A DNA stretch of 64,000 nucleotides from a virus (IMGVR_UViG_3300032296_002452:2006-66005), one strand, 5' to 3'; counted from the first letter of the stretch, positions 49,005-59,164 are shown. The notes: generated from the letters alone by a model not told the origin. Program-made: numbers and translations.

Positions 49005-50126
49005 ATGGCAACAATACCTGAACCGGAAAGAACCCAATTATTTACAAGAATAAGACATCTCTTGGGTGCACCATTGAGAAGTGTTGAATTAGAAGACGAA
49101 CAATTAGATTCCCTTTTACAATTATCTATTGATGATTATAGTCAATATGTTTTAGATTGGTTAATTAACTCTCAATGGACTTCTCTTTATGGATTAGATT
49201 TAGACGCACAGTCGTTGGCAAATGCTTTGGTCACAAGAAGTTTAGATTGGGAAACTCAATACACGTACGCATATTCTAAAATTGTTGGGTTACAAGCAAA
49301 TGGTCCTTGGGTTCTAAAAAAGGACTATTTTGATTTGGTACCTAATCAACAAGTATATGAAATACCTGCGTGTAGAGAAATTAACGAATTATTATGGTTT
49401 ACGCCCGCAGAACAAAACAATATTTTGTTTGACCCTTGGTCTTTCGGATTCTTGGGTGGAACAGGATTAGGCGGACCTGGTGGATTCTCACAAATTGGTT
49501 GGGGTGGGGGATACACTATGTTTTCAGGTTATGACGTTCTTGCTCGTTTACAGGACGTAAATATAAAAAACAGATTAGTTAGTTCTGATTTAACATACAA
49601 AATAACCGCACTTCCTGATGGTAAAAAAGCGGTATGGTTGTACAACGTTCCGGGTGGTAAGTTTGACTTTGGTAACATGGAAGTTAATAGACGTAGAGTG
49701 TGGTATTACTACTATGAGGCATGTGAACAAGATAGAGACCAATGTTTAAGGGACAATCCCGATATAGTCAAATTACCTTCAGATATTCCACTTTATGGAT
49801 TGTCTTGGGTTGACATAAACGTGCCGGCAAGACAATGGGTGAGAAGATGGTTTACCGCTTATTGTAAAGAAACATTAGCAAGGGTTAGAGGTAAATTTTC
49901 AGGAAATCTAAAAACACCTGATTCAGAACTTACAATGGACTACACTTCATTACAAACTGAAGCCAAGGATGAAAAGGCCAAATTAATTGAAGAATTGATA
50001 GGCGCTGATGGGACTCTGACCAGATTAAGACCTGAAAAAGTAATGGAAAGAGAAGCTTTATTGTCTGAGAACTTGAACAAACAACTCAAGTTTAGAGCCT
50101 TCCCACAACCGATTACAGTTATTTAA
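49005..50126 (+). CDS. Neck / head-tail adaptor protein (T4 gp13-like)
   Basis: LLGAPLRSVELEDEQL and WVRRWFTAYCKETLARVRGKF...EAKDEKAKL. Confidence 0.8.
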   Translation: MATIPEPERTQLFTRIRHLLGAPLRSVELEDEQLDSLLQLSIDDYSQYVLDWLINSQWTSLYGLDLDAQSLANALVTRSLDWETQYTYAYSKIVGLQANGPWVLKKDYFDLVPNQQVYEIPACREINELLWFTPAEQNNILFDPWSFGFLGGTGLGGPGGFSQIGWGGGYTMFSGYDVLARLQDVNIKNRLVSSDLTYKITALPDGKKAVWLYNVPGGKFDFGNMEVNRRRVWYYYYEACEQDRDQCLRDNPDIVKLPSDIPLYGLSWVDINVPARQWVRRWFTAYCKETLARVRGKFSGNLKTPDSELTMDYTSLQTEAKDEKAKLIEELIGADGTLTRLRPEKVMEREALLSENLNKQLKFRAFPQPITVI

Positions 50127-50127
50127 T

Positions 50128-50463
50128 ATGGCGGTTATACGTTCAATTCCAATTAGAAAATACATAAATGGACACGAAGTAACAACTTCAGAAGTTGCAT
50201 TAATTTCAGATGAGTTTTATAGTACAAAAGGAGAAGATATTTTAATAATAAGGCAAACTGACTTTTGTAAAATAAAACTTGATTCTACCACTACTGATAG
50301 AATCAAGATTAAAGTTTTAAATAATGTTTTAATTATACCTGACAAAGGTAAAATAGACGAAGAGTGGGACGAACTAAGTATATCTAAAGGTGCCTGTGTT
50401 GAGTTAAGATTTGCGGGCGGTAGTTGGTATATTATGTCTTCCGATGGTATTAAGTTTGATTAA
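50128..50463 (+). CDS. Small beta-rich structural protein (111 aa)
   Basis: Coupled to the neck gene; ends GKID...ELRFAGGSWYIM, a pattern typical of short fibre/collar modules. Confidence 0.5.
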   Translation: MAVIRSIPIRKYINGHEVTTSEVALISDEFYSTKGEDILIIRQTDFCKIKLDSTTTDRIKIKVLNNVLIIPDKGKIDEEWDELSISKGACVELRFAGGSWYIMSSDGIKFD

Positions 50464-53177
50464 CTCATATACTGACCCCAACCTTCTTCCGCTCTTTCGT
50501 AAATGTATTCAGGAGATAAACCTCTTCTATTCCAATAATCTAATTCTTCGGGTGTAATATCCAAAACATCTTTGTACAAATCGTCCTGACCGCCTTCATC
50601 TAAAGGTAAACCATTAATCAATTCACATTGTTCTGTGGTAAACAATCCCCTATCTTTTGGGTCATCGACTATCAAAGCATCTCTAACTTCTTGTTTAAAT
50701 ACAACCAAGAATGGTTCAATCCTTTTATTAAATGTTGACACTGCACGAGGAACATTATATTCACCTGTCATATTTGGGTTTGATTCCAATTCTGCAGGGT
50801 CCAACATATAACAATTAATCGTTACGGTATCTCCTTTCTTTACAACGTCACCATGAGATGCTCGTGTTCCATTGTTTACATACAGAATAACATCACCCAA
50901 ATTAACGTGCATATTATTCTGAATTGCAAGCTCCATATGGGCTTGTCTTGACATCAATGAACCCGCTTTAGTTTTTTGTGTACATCTAAATACATAATCA
51001 TCAATTGTTTGTTTAACTTTAGCCTTCTGAGCAATCTTAAGAAGAGGTATTTGTTTTTCAAAAATCTTGGTCAAATATTCATAGTAATATTCTATAAAAC
51101 CTTTACCATCACCATCCAACAACATTTTGATTCCTTTATCAATAAACTCCTCAATATAACCAGGTAGTTTCTTTGATTTGATTGTGTTACCTGTCAATTT
51201 GATTTTACCTTTTTCTGTAATCAAAGCGTAGTTCTTACGAGCCAAGTTAATACATGCGGGCCAAACACCATCATTATCTAATGCCATTTCACCTCTCATG
51301 AATATGTCATTATATTCGGCGATATCCGCAGCCGCTCCTGTATACTCCTTACCTTCTTTTACTTTCCAATTGTTACCACGACCAATGTATTTACGATTCT
51401 CCACACCTTCTGGGGCTGAGAAGTTTACACCGTCCGTATCCATTACAAGGGGTTGATATCCACGAGCCATAAAGAATTTAATCATCTGACGAAGATATTG
51501 TCTACCCGTACAAGTAATCTGTTCGCCCATGTACATATCACCCCAATGGAATACCTGCGGGGCTGACAACGCACCAAACATTGAGTTAATAAAGATTTTA
51601 ATTGGTAATTGTTTGCGGTCGTATGATTTTGATTTCTTTGGGTCCGACTTTTCGTATTCCTCTGCGAGTTGTTTGTACATAATACGAGAGTTACGGAAGA
51701 ATCCCAAGAACCCTTTCATCGCACCTGTAATGTCACAGTCGGGGAATACATCGTGAACCAGCTGAATAGATGGATACAGAGAACTAAAGTCAAGTTTTAG
51801 AACCGACCTTGAATATCCAACTTTAATCAATCGGGACAAACCTCCAACGAATGAAGTTTTTTGTTCCTTTTCAGGAACGGCAAGTCCTTGTTTATATGAC
51901 CAAGCCAACATAATCATCTTCCACAAAGTTGCGGTGCCCATCGTACTTACACGTTCATAAGTTGTGGGAACTAACGAAGCCAAAAGGAACGAACCTTGGT
52001 TAAACTCATCATCCACAATAAGGGTTTCTTCTAAGTCATCATCAAGATACCTCTCAACAATATCACTACCTGTAGTTTTGATATATGTGTCAGAATGTTT
52101 CAAACAAGCGGAGTCAATCTTTGGGTCAACACCAACTTTTTTGTACTTACCATTTTTAATATTCAACCAATATTCTTCATTATTAGAATACATAGAACCA
52201 ATATCAGTGTGGTCAATATACACACGGTCTTCAGCCTCGGCGTCCAAATAAGTTGTAATATACTTCAATCCCGCCGATTTGATATTGGAATTAATTGCCT
52301 GTGCTCTACGAACTGCGTGAATTATATCAATTACATTATATCCCCACATACCAACTTGATTATACTTTTCTACCTCGTTGGCAAGTTTAAGTAACTGTTC
52401 TGATTGTGATATTGTTTTCTCGTTGTTAAGTGTTCTACTTATCTTTTTTATATCCAATCCAAGTGCCTTACATCTTTCAAATATCCAATACCAGTCAAAG
52501 TTTGCTGAATTGTATCCACCGATAATACTTGGTTTTAGATAATCTATCGTTTGGAAAAATTCAATCAATCCATCCCTTTCTTGTTCTTCAGTGGCACACT
52601 CAATTACCTTTTTGAACCCTTTGTTTGTTTTCATTCCAATCATGAAGATACGACCGTCTTTGGGTTCTAACGAGGTCGTTTCTAAGTCATATACAAACCT
52701 TGTGATGTCATTGTATTCTTCATATCCTTTGAACAATCGTTTTTCTTTCTGAATTAGGAATTGTTCTACGGGTGGAAGTATCAATATCTTATCTCTTGTT
52801 TTTTCACCCCAAGGGTCCAATCCGCCATCACGGAAAAATTGTATCAAATGTCGATACCCTTTTAAACTTTTAACCATGTAGGTTAATCCACGTTCTAATC
52901 GTGGATGTCCATCGGTTCTTAATTTGTCTATAACAATACCATGTTTGGACATTCCTTCTTTTTGTAGTGCCCGTGAACTTTGATAAAAGTTACAGTCCTT
53001 TAGGTCACCAACCCAAGCAAAGGCAATAAAATTGTCTTTGATGATGGTTTTTCCCTTGTTGGGGATTTCCTTAATTTTGTAAATTGCGTCTGTTGTGTAA
53101 TCGTACTCTACCGCTACGATGTGTTCTTCAGGGTCATTACCCTCCAAAAATGATTTGATTTCTTCGTTACTTATCAT
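50460..53177 (-). CDS. Family B DNA polymerase with 3'-5' exonuclease
   Basis: ExoI YDLETT, ExoII GYNSANFD, motif A LDFSSLYPS, motif B KIFINSMFG, motif C DTDG, RKNY. Confidence 0.95.
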   Translation of the reverse strand: MISNEEIKSFLEGNDPEEHIVAVEYDYTTDAIYKIKEIPNKGKTIIKDNFIAFAWVGDLKDCNFYQSSRALQKEGMSKHGIVIDKLRTDGHPRLERGLTYMVKSLKGYRHLIQFFRDGGLDPWGEKTRDKILILPPVEQFLIQKEKRLFKGYEEYNDITRFVYDLETTSLEPKDGRIFMIGMKTNKGFKKVIECATEEQERDGLIEFFQTIDYLKPSIIGGYNSANFDWYWIFERCKALGLDIKKISRTLNNEKTISQSEQLLKLANEVEKYNQVGMWGYNVIDIIHAVRRAQAINSNIKSAGLKYITTYLDAEAEDRVYIDHTDIGSMYSNNEEYWLNIKNGKYKKVGVDPKIDSACLKHSDTYIKTTGSDIVERYLDDDLEETLIVDDEFNQGSFLLASLVPTTYERVSTMGTATLWKMIMLAWSYKQGLAVPEKEQKTSFVGGLSRLIKVGYSRSVLKLDFSSLYPSIQLVHDVFPDCDITGAMKGFLGFFRNSRIMYKQLAEEYEKSDPKKSKSYDRKQLPIKIFINSMFGALSAPQVFHWGDMYMGEQITCTGRQYLRQMIKFFMARGYQPLVMDTDGVNFSAPEGVENRKYIGRGNNWKVKEGKEYTGAAADIAEYNDIFMRGEMALDNDGVWPACINLARKNYALITEKGKIKLTGNTIKSKKLPGYIEEFIDKGIKMLLDGDGKGFIEYYYEYLTKIFEKQIPLLKIAQKAKVKQTIDDYVFRCTQKTKAGSLMSRQAHMELAIQNNMHVNLGDVILYVNNGTRASHGDVVKKGDTVTINCYMLDPAELESNPNMTGEYNVPRAVSTFNKRIEPFLVVFKQEVRDALIVDDPKDRGLFTTEQCELINGLPLDEGGQDDLYKDVLDITPEELDYWNRRGLSPEYIYERAEEGWGQYMS

Positions 53178-53265
53178 ATGTTCCTTTCCGAGTGGTTCAT
53201 TATCTTCCGTACAAGGACGGAGTTTACCTTCTCATTCAAACATAAATATAAGAAACAAAATCACA

Positions 53266-53646
53266 TTAACAACATGGGTTCGTTGAAATAAATGAATCTT
53301 GAATATTGATGAATAACTCATCTCTAATAGGTAGTATAATATTACCGTCATTTGTTCTTAGAATAAATTCCCCTTGGAATCTACCCGGTCTACTTGTTTC
53401 TCGTGTTGTGAATTGAAAATAGATATAATATTCAGGCGGGGTTTGTGGGTCAACAAATGTTTTTTCTACAATATATGCGGGCCTTGAAGCAATTCTTGGT
53501 ATGCCTGTAGTTGTATCAACCATAGAAAAGGCAATAGTTGATGTTTCTAATAAATCCATAAAGTGACGGTAATCACTTCTACCATCTTTAACGACCTGCA
53601 TTTTTAACACAGGTAAAGTTGCATTTTTCTTGATAAAGAATTCCAT
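53266..53646 (-). CDS. BppU-N-like small structural protein (126 aa)
   Basis: FIKKNATLPVL...YFQFTTRETSRPGRFQGEF...ILP; preceded by TATTTATA at 53655-53662. Confidence 0.5.
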   Translation of the reverse strand: MEFFIKKNATLPVLKMQVVKDGRSDYRHFMDLLETSTIAFSMVDTTTGIPRIASRPAYIVEKTFVDPQTPPEYYIYFQFTTRETSRPGRFQGEFILRTNDGNIILPIRDELFINIQDSFISTNPCC

Positions 53647-53666
53647 TGGTATTATATAAATACCAA

Positions 53667-55340
53667 TTAACTTTCTTTTCTTAAACTAGCATCATAAAAA
53701 TCGAATCTATTATGTTCTGTTGGTGTGATTAATAATAGACCGGGACTTATTTCACCCTTTTTGGTTTCTTGATAAATGTAACTCATCCATGTTTGTTCAA
53801 AGGGATGTGCCCAAGTTGTTGTTAAAAACATTTTTTTATTTCCATGTTTTGTAACAACCTGAGGCCAATTACAATAATAAATTTCACCAGTTGCATACGG
53901 TATATTATTATGTGATAAAATTTTAGTAAACTTAGTTTTAGGCGCGTTTGGGTCCAAACCTCGAACAGGTAGTGATGGTTTTTCGGGCCAAAATTGTTCT
54001 CTTACGGTTTGTGGGACATTATACCAAGACCACTGAGTTCCATTATCACCATAAAATTCACTATAATTCATTTTAATAAAATCTAAATTTTCAAACTTCG
54101 CAATTTCTAAAGTGTTAACATACAAATCGTTTACTTTTCTGTTAAATCCATTCTTACATACATCTCCATTTTTGGGATAAAAAAACATATCGTCTTCAAA
54201 AAAGAAATAAAAATCAAATTCATTTTGTTGTGCGTGTTCCGCAATCCACTGCCTACCGCCACAAATTCCCAAATTGTCTTTTTTAATATATTCAAAATCA
54301 AACTCTTCACAAAGTTCTTTGTATTTTTCTGATGTCGACAAATCTGATGAATTATCTAATAGATATTTTTTTGGTTTATCTATAAAGTTTGTGTCATATT
54401 GTATCATCGACTCTATTAAAGTTTCAAACTGTTTTGGACTGTTAAAAGTTATGACATACAAAGCGGTGTTATTAATATCTAAATCCCCATTTTTAATTTT
54501 CTTTCCTGTCGTCTTAACCTCAACCCTGTCGTTTTTTAAGTCCTCACAAAACTTATTTATTAAACCATTATCATCTATTTCCGCATATTCAATCAAATTA
54601 GGATTTCTGTACATTAAAATACTAAAAATAGATTCTTCTGTACCCATAAAACCTTCGTTTATGGTTGAAAATAGTAAATCATAATAAAGTCCGTTTATAT
54701 TTCCAATGTCGTTTTTTCTACCGCCAAATAAACCACCTCTACAAACAAGTTTTACATCTGATTCTGCGTAACTGTTTATTTTAGGATACGGAAAACCGTG
54801 TATTTCGTTATTTGCTTCATAAGGAAATGCAACAAATCCAAATCGATTAAATAGTTTGGGTAACTTTTCATGTATTTTATCGTGAGAAAAATAACCAGGG
54901 TGTACTGTGTTTGTGATACCCGCATCAATCCAATACAAGTGTGTAGAATCGAATTTGTCCATAAGTCTTGCGTCGTTTAACAAAAACACTTTGGACATAA
55001 CAAGAGGATTGTACCATTCTAAAGAACCTTGTGTTGACTCTTTTAACCAAGTAGCCTGATTGTACCAATCAGGATTATTACGAATAGATTGTATTTTTTC
55101 AAAAGGTACCGTAGTTTTAAACCACTCTTTGTCTCGTAAAATAAATTGTGTGTTTTCGTGTCCTCTTCTTTGCTCAACAAATTTCTTTAATTCGTTGTCA
55201 CCAAATATAATTATATTAAAGTCAGCTCTTAAAAGCTCATCTAACTTATTTAAATAATGGTCAAAAGAACGTGACCAACCTTGATTTAGTTGTTCTCTTT
55301 TTATGTCCCACAAACCGGTTACAAACGTTAACTTATCCAT
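53667..55340 (-). CDS. Two-domain glycosyltransferase: HtrL/YibB-like N-terminus plus a GT-A fold C-terminus
   Basis: TFVTGLWDI, MSKVFLL, YWIDAG, GGLFGG, GTEE; second domain with FFFEDD. Confidence 0.75.
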   Translation of the reverse strand: MDKLTFVTGLWDIKREQLNQGWSRSFDHYLNKLDELLRADFNIIIFGDNELKKFVEQRRGHENTQFILRDKEWFKTTVPFEKIQSIRNNPDWYNQATWLKESTQGSLEWYNPLVMSKVFLLNDARLMDKFDSTHLYWIDAGITNTVHPGYFSHDKIHEKLPKLFNRFGFVAFPYEANNEIHGFPYPKINSYAESDVKLVCRGGLFGGRKNDIGNINGLYYDLLFSTINEGFMGTEESIFSILMYRNPNLIEYAEIDDNGLINKFCEDLKNDRVEVKTTGKKIKNGDLDINNTALYVITFNSPKQFETLIESMIQYDTNFIDKPKKYLLDNSSDLSTSEKYKELCEEFDFEYIKKDNLGICGGRQWIAEHAQQNEFDFYFFFEDDMFFYPKNGDVCKNGFNRKVNDLYVNTLEIAKFENLDFIKMNYSEFYGDNGTQWSWYNVPQTVREQFWPEKPSLPVRGLDPNAPKTKFTKILSHNNIPYATGEIYYCNWPQVVTKHGNKKMFLTTTWAHPFEQTWMSYIYQETKKGEISPGLLLITPTEHNRFDFYDASLRKES

Positions 55341-56199
55341 TTAATTCTTCTAATATTTTATAAAAACTTTTATTTTCTATGAAAAAACTTTCGGGTCTAT
55401 TTTTAAAATTGTCTTCATGCCACCAAACATCAAAATATAATGGATTAAACCAATCTTTATGGTTTTGGAACATCAAAGACATAAAATGTTCCTCAAAGAA
55501 TAACCTACCTTGTTCAGGTAAAATCATATTTACATATTCGTCAAATTTGTCAACGATTTTACGCCAATTTTCTTTTTTACCCCCAAACATACCCCCAATA
55601 ACATGAAGACTTCTGTCATAATTAGTATAATATTTTGGGTCTACGGTACTCTCCCAATAATTCCTATCGTTTTCTTTTGCAATTACAACAAATTTATCAC
55701 CACAAAAATTAATTAAATTGTTTAAAAATTGGTCGTTAAATAAATTTGATTCGTAGTATATCCTGTATCCGGGTCCATTTAAATATTTGTTTGGAATTAT
55801 ACCACAATGGGACAATCCCGCATCAAACCAAAAATAATAATCGTAAGTTTCGTCTTCGTTATTGTACCAAGAAAATTTTGAATATTGTATTTCATAACAC
55901 CTGTCAGATTTTTTCATTTTTTCAACGTCCTTAACACTGTTTATTATTTCCGAATACAAACACTCATTTAATTCTTTTATCACAAAATTTAATCTTTCTT
56001 TTGGTATTTGATTAATATCGTAAAAAAAAGTTTTTAAATCATCTACCTCTCTACTTGATGTGTAACATACAAAATCGGCGTTATTCATTTTTAATAGTGA
56101 TAGTAAAGAAAATCTATAGTGGTCTTTTCTACCTTCTCTACCACCAAGTTCTGACCCATTCAAATCAGAATAAATTGCAGTCATTATTTTAATTTTCAT
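55333..56199 (-). CDS. HtrL/YibB-like glycosyltransferase
   Basis: YSKF, FWFDAGL, IGGMFGG, FEEHFMS; paralogous motifs to the neighbouring gene. Confidence 0.7.
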   Translation of the reverse strand: MKIKIMTAIYSDLNGSELGGREGRKDHYRFSLLSLLKMNNADFVCYTSSREVDDLKTFFYDINQIPKERLNFVIKELNECLYSEIINSVKDVEKMKKSDRCYEIQYSKFSWYNNEDETYDYYFWFDAGLSHCGIIPNKYLNGPGYRIYYESNLFNDQFLNNLINFCGDKFVVIAKENDRNYWESTVDPKYYTNYDRSLHVIGGMFGGKKENWRKIVDKFDEYVNMILPEQGRLFFEEHFMSLMFQNHKDWFNPLYFDVWWHEDNFKNRPESFFIENKSFYKILEELNG

Positions 56200-56914
56200 T
56201 GTTTCTAATTTCTAAACATTTATCGTAATCTAAAAAAACATTATCTAATTTATCAGGATAGTAAACATTCCAGTTGTACGTCATAACATAATGGTTTGAG
56301 TCAAATGTTTTATTTATATCTGAATAATCTCTTTTTTGAACTATCAACGGTAATTTCGCGGAAAAGGATTGAATGTTTGGATAAACACCTCTGTCTAAAA
56401 ATTCGTCAATAGGAACCTGTTTGTGAGTATTTTCTATTACATCATTTGTATCCCATTTAATGATATATTCACAAGCTTCTTTAGTCAAAATAAAACCTGA
56501 AGTACCAAAGATACCTCTGTGTCTATTAATGTCTTTTGGGGGTGTATTGGTCAAGTCCACAAGGTTTTCAGAATATTTATTTAGAGGTCTGTGTATTGAC
56601 GGTGCAAAATGGAAAAAAAACCATTCAGTTTTATTTAATTCTTCCTCAATTTGCGAAATCATTTTTTTGGTGTATGGCATAAAAAATATGTCATCCTCAA
56701 AAACCATGGCATACTCGTACCCTCTATCTAAAATTATTTGTGCGATTTTTTGATGAGAATACGCACAACCTTCATAGCTGTTGGTATCAATCGCGTTAAA
56801 TCTTTCAAACTCCCAACCCATGTATTCAAATTCTTTTTTTACGGATTCTAACCTGTCGGTACGTCTTTCTAAATTTATTAAGAATTTGGGGGTATCATTA
56901 AAATTAATTTTCAT
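56189..56914 (-). CDS. GT25-family glycosyltransferase
   Basis: INLERRTDR, RFNAID, GCAYSH, VFEDD, PID. Confidence 0.85.
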   Translation of the reverse strand: MKINFNDTPKFLINLERRTDRLESVKKEFEYMGWEFERFNAIDTNSYEGCAYSHQKIAQIILDRGYEYAMVFEDDIFFMPYTKKMISQIEEELNKTEWFFFHFAPSIHRPLNKYSENLVDLTNTPPKDINRHRGIFGTSGFILTKEACEYIIKWDTNDVIENTHKQVPIDEFLDRGVYPNIQSFSAKLPLIVQKRDYSDINKTFDSNHYVMTYNWNVYYPDKLDNVFLDYDKCLEIRNNEN

Positions 56915-57668
56915 ATATTAAATTTGATTTATCATTATGCCCACGTCTGTGAGCAAATACAACAGAACCTAACTCTAAAGCCAATTTTAAGTTACGATTC
57001 CAATCGGTCCAATAACCAAATATGTCGATATCTTGTCTTGGGCAGTTATATCTATGTGTAAGAATAGATAAAATACTTTGGTCGTGTCTATGGTTTTCTT
57101 GATTTCCGTCTAAACAACCAGGAATTAAAGATAATTTATAAGCCTCGTCAAATATGTTTTGAAACTTACCATTTGATTTGTATCCTACTAAACCGGCCCA
57201 AAGTTGTTTACCGCTCAACTCTTCCTCAGTTGCTGAAATACATTTTCTACATTCTGTGTGGGTATAGTTTCGGTTAGTGTGTACGTCACCAACTAAAAAA
57301 ATCTCATCTTTTTCTATTTTTTCATAAATGGTATTTAAAGACTTTAGAGGGCACGCCCCTGAATCCATCCAAAGAACATTTTCTCCTAACTCACCACTTT
57401 TGTACATACAATAAATTTTGTAAACATAAGATTTAGGTTCCATAAATTTAGGGTGTAGTTCAGTAGGATTGTCAGGAAACTTTAAGACTGTGACATTTTT
57501 TAATTTATTTAAAGTTAATATTTCAGACGAATCTAACCCTAAATCGTATACATATATTTTATTCACCAAATCTTCACTGTATTTGTGCACACCACTAATA
57601 AGTGTAAGTAACGATTCATAGTATGGACTATTTGTTGCGGTAACTAAAATATTTTTATACATTTTCAT
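56904..57668 (-). CDS. GT-A fold putative glycosyltransferase (DUF1647-like)
   Basis: LVTATNSPY, VYDLGL, LWMDSG, NHRHDQSILS. Confidence 0.65.
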   Translation of the reverse strand: MKMYKNILVTATNSPYYESLLTLISGVHKYSEDLVNKIYVYDLGLDSSEILTLNKLKNVTVLKFPDNPTELHPKFMEPKSYVYKIYCMYKSGELGENVLWMDSGACPLKSLNTIYEKIEKDEIFLVGDVHTNRNYTHTECRKCISATEEELSGKQLWAGLVGYKSNGKFQNIFDEAYKLSLIPGCLDGNQENHRHDQSILSILTHRYNCPRQDIDIFGYWTDWNRNLKLALELGSVVFAHRRGHNDKSNLIYEN

Positions 57669-58470
57669 CTAAAAATTTTTGTATTATTTTTTCAGGAAAC
57701 ATGTATTCTTTTGCTAACTCAAAGTTCTTATCAACATATTCTTTTTTGGATTGGTACAACTCAGGTGACAATTTATTTAAAATTTCAGGTAAGTCTTCGT
57801 CTCCTTCGAAATAAATTATACCATTTTCGTCAAAATAATTAGAAGTTGATTTAGAACCTACGTAAATTGGTATGGTTCCAGATAAGAAACAATCTAAAAG
57901 TTTTTCAGTAAAGTAGTCGGACTCAATACTATTTTCTATAATAATTGAAAACATGTAATCTTTTAATCCATCAATTTTAAAGTCTAATGGTTTTTCGCAA
58001 CCAGTCCCAAAAAAATCTAATCTATTATCATTTTTTAATCTGTCAAATACCCTAAATCTCATCCTGTGATAAGGGTTCCAATTTTTCCACGAAAAAATAC
58101 AACTAACTAATTTTGATTTTTCATGAATGTTTATGTCTTCTTCTCTTAACCACGTACCCCCATGAGGAACATAAACAACGTTATCTGATTGTGATAGTAA
58201 ATTTTTATGGTGAGTAAAAATATATTTATAGTCATTTTTGTTTTTAATGATTTCTATATAGTTTTCTCCGTTAATTATCGGTGGTTCTATAAGCCACGCA
58301 CAATTTATTTTTGAGTTGTCTTTTGGTATTACAAAACACATTCTGTCAACATATACCGCAACATCGTAATTGTTGGGTTCTCTTTCCCAATCTGTTTTAG
58401 GGTCAATGTATCTAGACAGACCTGGTTGTCCTATTAAGTTTTCATCAATTAGTCTTATTTTTTTTGTCAT
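57655..58470 (-). CDS. GT10-like (alpha-1,3/4-fucosyltransferase-type) glycosyltransferase
   Basis: YMFSIIIENSIESDYFTEKLLDCFLSGTIPIYVG is the GT10 signature. Confidence 0.85.
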   Translation of the reverse strand: MTKKIRLIDENLIGQPGLSRYIDPKTDWEREPNNYDVAVYVDRMCFVIPKDNSKINCAWLIEPPIINGENYIEIIKNKNDYKYIFTHHKNLLSQSDNVVYVPHGGTWLREEDINIHEKSKLVSCIFSWKNWNPYHRMRFRVFDRLKNDNRLDFFGTGCEKPLDFKIDGLKDYMFSIIIENSIESDYFTEKLLDCFLSGTIPIYVGSKSTSNYFDENGIIYFEGDEDLPEILNKLSPELYQSKKEYVDKNFELAKEYMFPEKIIQKFLDENV

Positions 58471-58471
58471 T

Positions 58472-59158
58472 TTAATATAAAATTTCGAATTTGTTTAGTC
58501 CTTTTGTATTGGCATATGAATCATAGTTTCTTACGTAATTATGTAAAAAAAACTTTGTGTTTGGAAACGAATAAGAGTTAATCATATCTTTTATAGATGA
58601 TTGCATAACATGAACTTCTTTTGCTTTTTCTATCAAATATATGTAATCAAAAATTAAAAACTTTTTATTGTTACCAACAATTTTTAAGTCGGTTCTAATT
58701 CTGCTCTTATCTAAAAACATACCTCTATCAGGGTCTTCATGAACAAATATAAAATCTTCGTCCTTTGGATTTAATGTTTTGTAAAGTAACATTTCTCTAT
58801 CTAAATCTCGCTCTACAAAATAACCATCGAATCTTAAAGAAAACGGAAGATTTTCTGACAGATAAAAACCCTCGTCAAATGTTTCTACTAAGTGTCTTAA
58901 TGACCTTGATTTGTCAAAACCTATTTTTATTAGGTCATCAGATATGTTATGTTTATGTATGTATTCATCCACTTCTTGGTCCGAAGACAGACCAATAGTG
59001 TGAAAATTACGCAAATCCCTATACATAAATTTTATATTCTCTTCAAAGTGTTTGTAACAAAATAAGGTGATTTCACCAAACACATTATAATAATATCTTA
59101 CTAATGCATTACAAGTAAAATGGTCACCCAATCCCATATGATGATAAATAAATTTCAT
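58472..59158 (-). CDS. Putative GT-B fold glycosyltransferase
   Basis: N-terminal HHMGLGDH, FVHED, IEKAKEVHVMQSS resemble GT9/GT11-like motifs. Confidence 0.55.
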   Translation of the reverse strand: MKFIYHHMGLGDHFTCNALVRYYYNVFGEITLFCYKHFEENIKFMYRDLRNFHTIGLSSDQEVDEYIHKHNISDDLIKIGFDKSRSLRHLVETFDEGFYLSENLPFSLRFDGYFVERDLDREMLLYKTLNPKDEDFIFVHEDPDRGMFLDKSRIRTDLKIVGNNKKFLIFDYIYLIEKAKEVHVMQSSIKDMINSYSFPNTKFFLHNYVRNYDSYANTKGLNKFEILY

Positions 59159-59164
59159 TTTTTA

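Noticed and set aside
16300-53177. Inteins or introns in nrdJ, helicase, recA, SNF2 or polymerase
   Set aside because: Lengths are normal, motifs are contiguous, and no intein splice-junction or LAGLIDADG signatures were seen.
53178-53240. Fluoride or c-di-GMP riboswitch in the polymerase leader
   Set aside because: Only short fragments (GAUAAUGA, GGUAAAC) resemble these motifs; the required 5' elements and pseudoknot are not evident.
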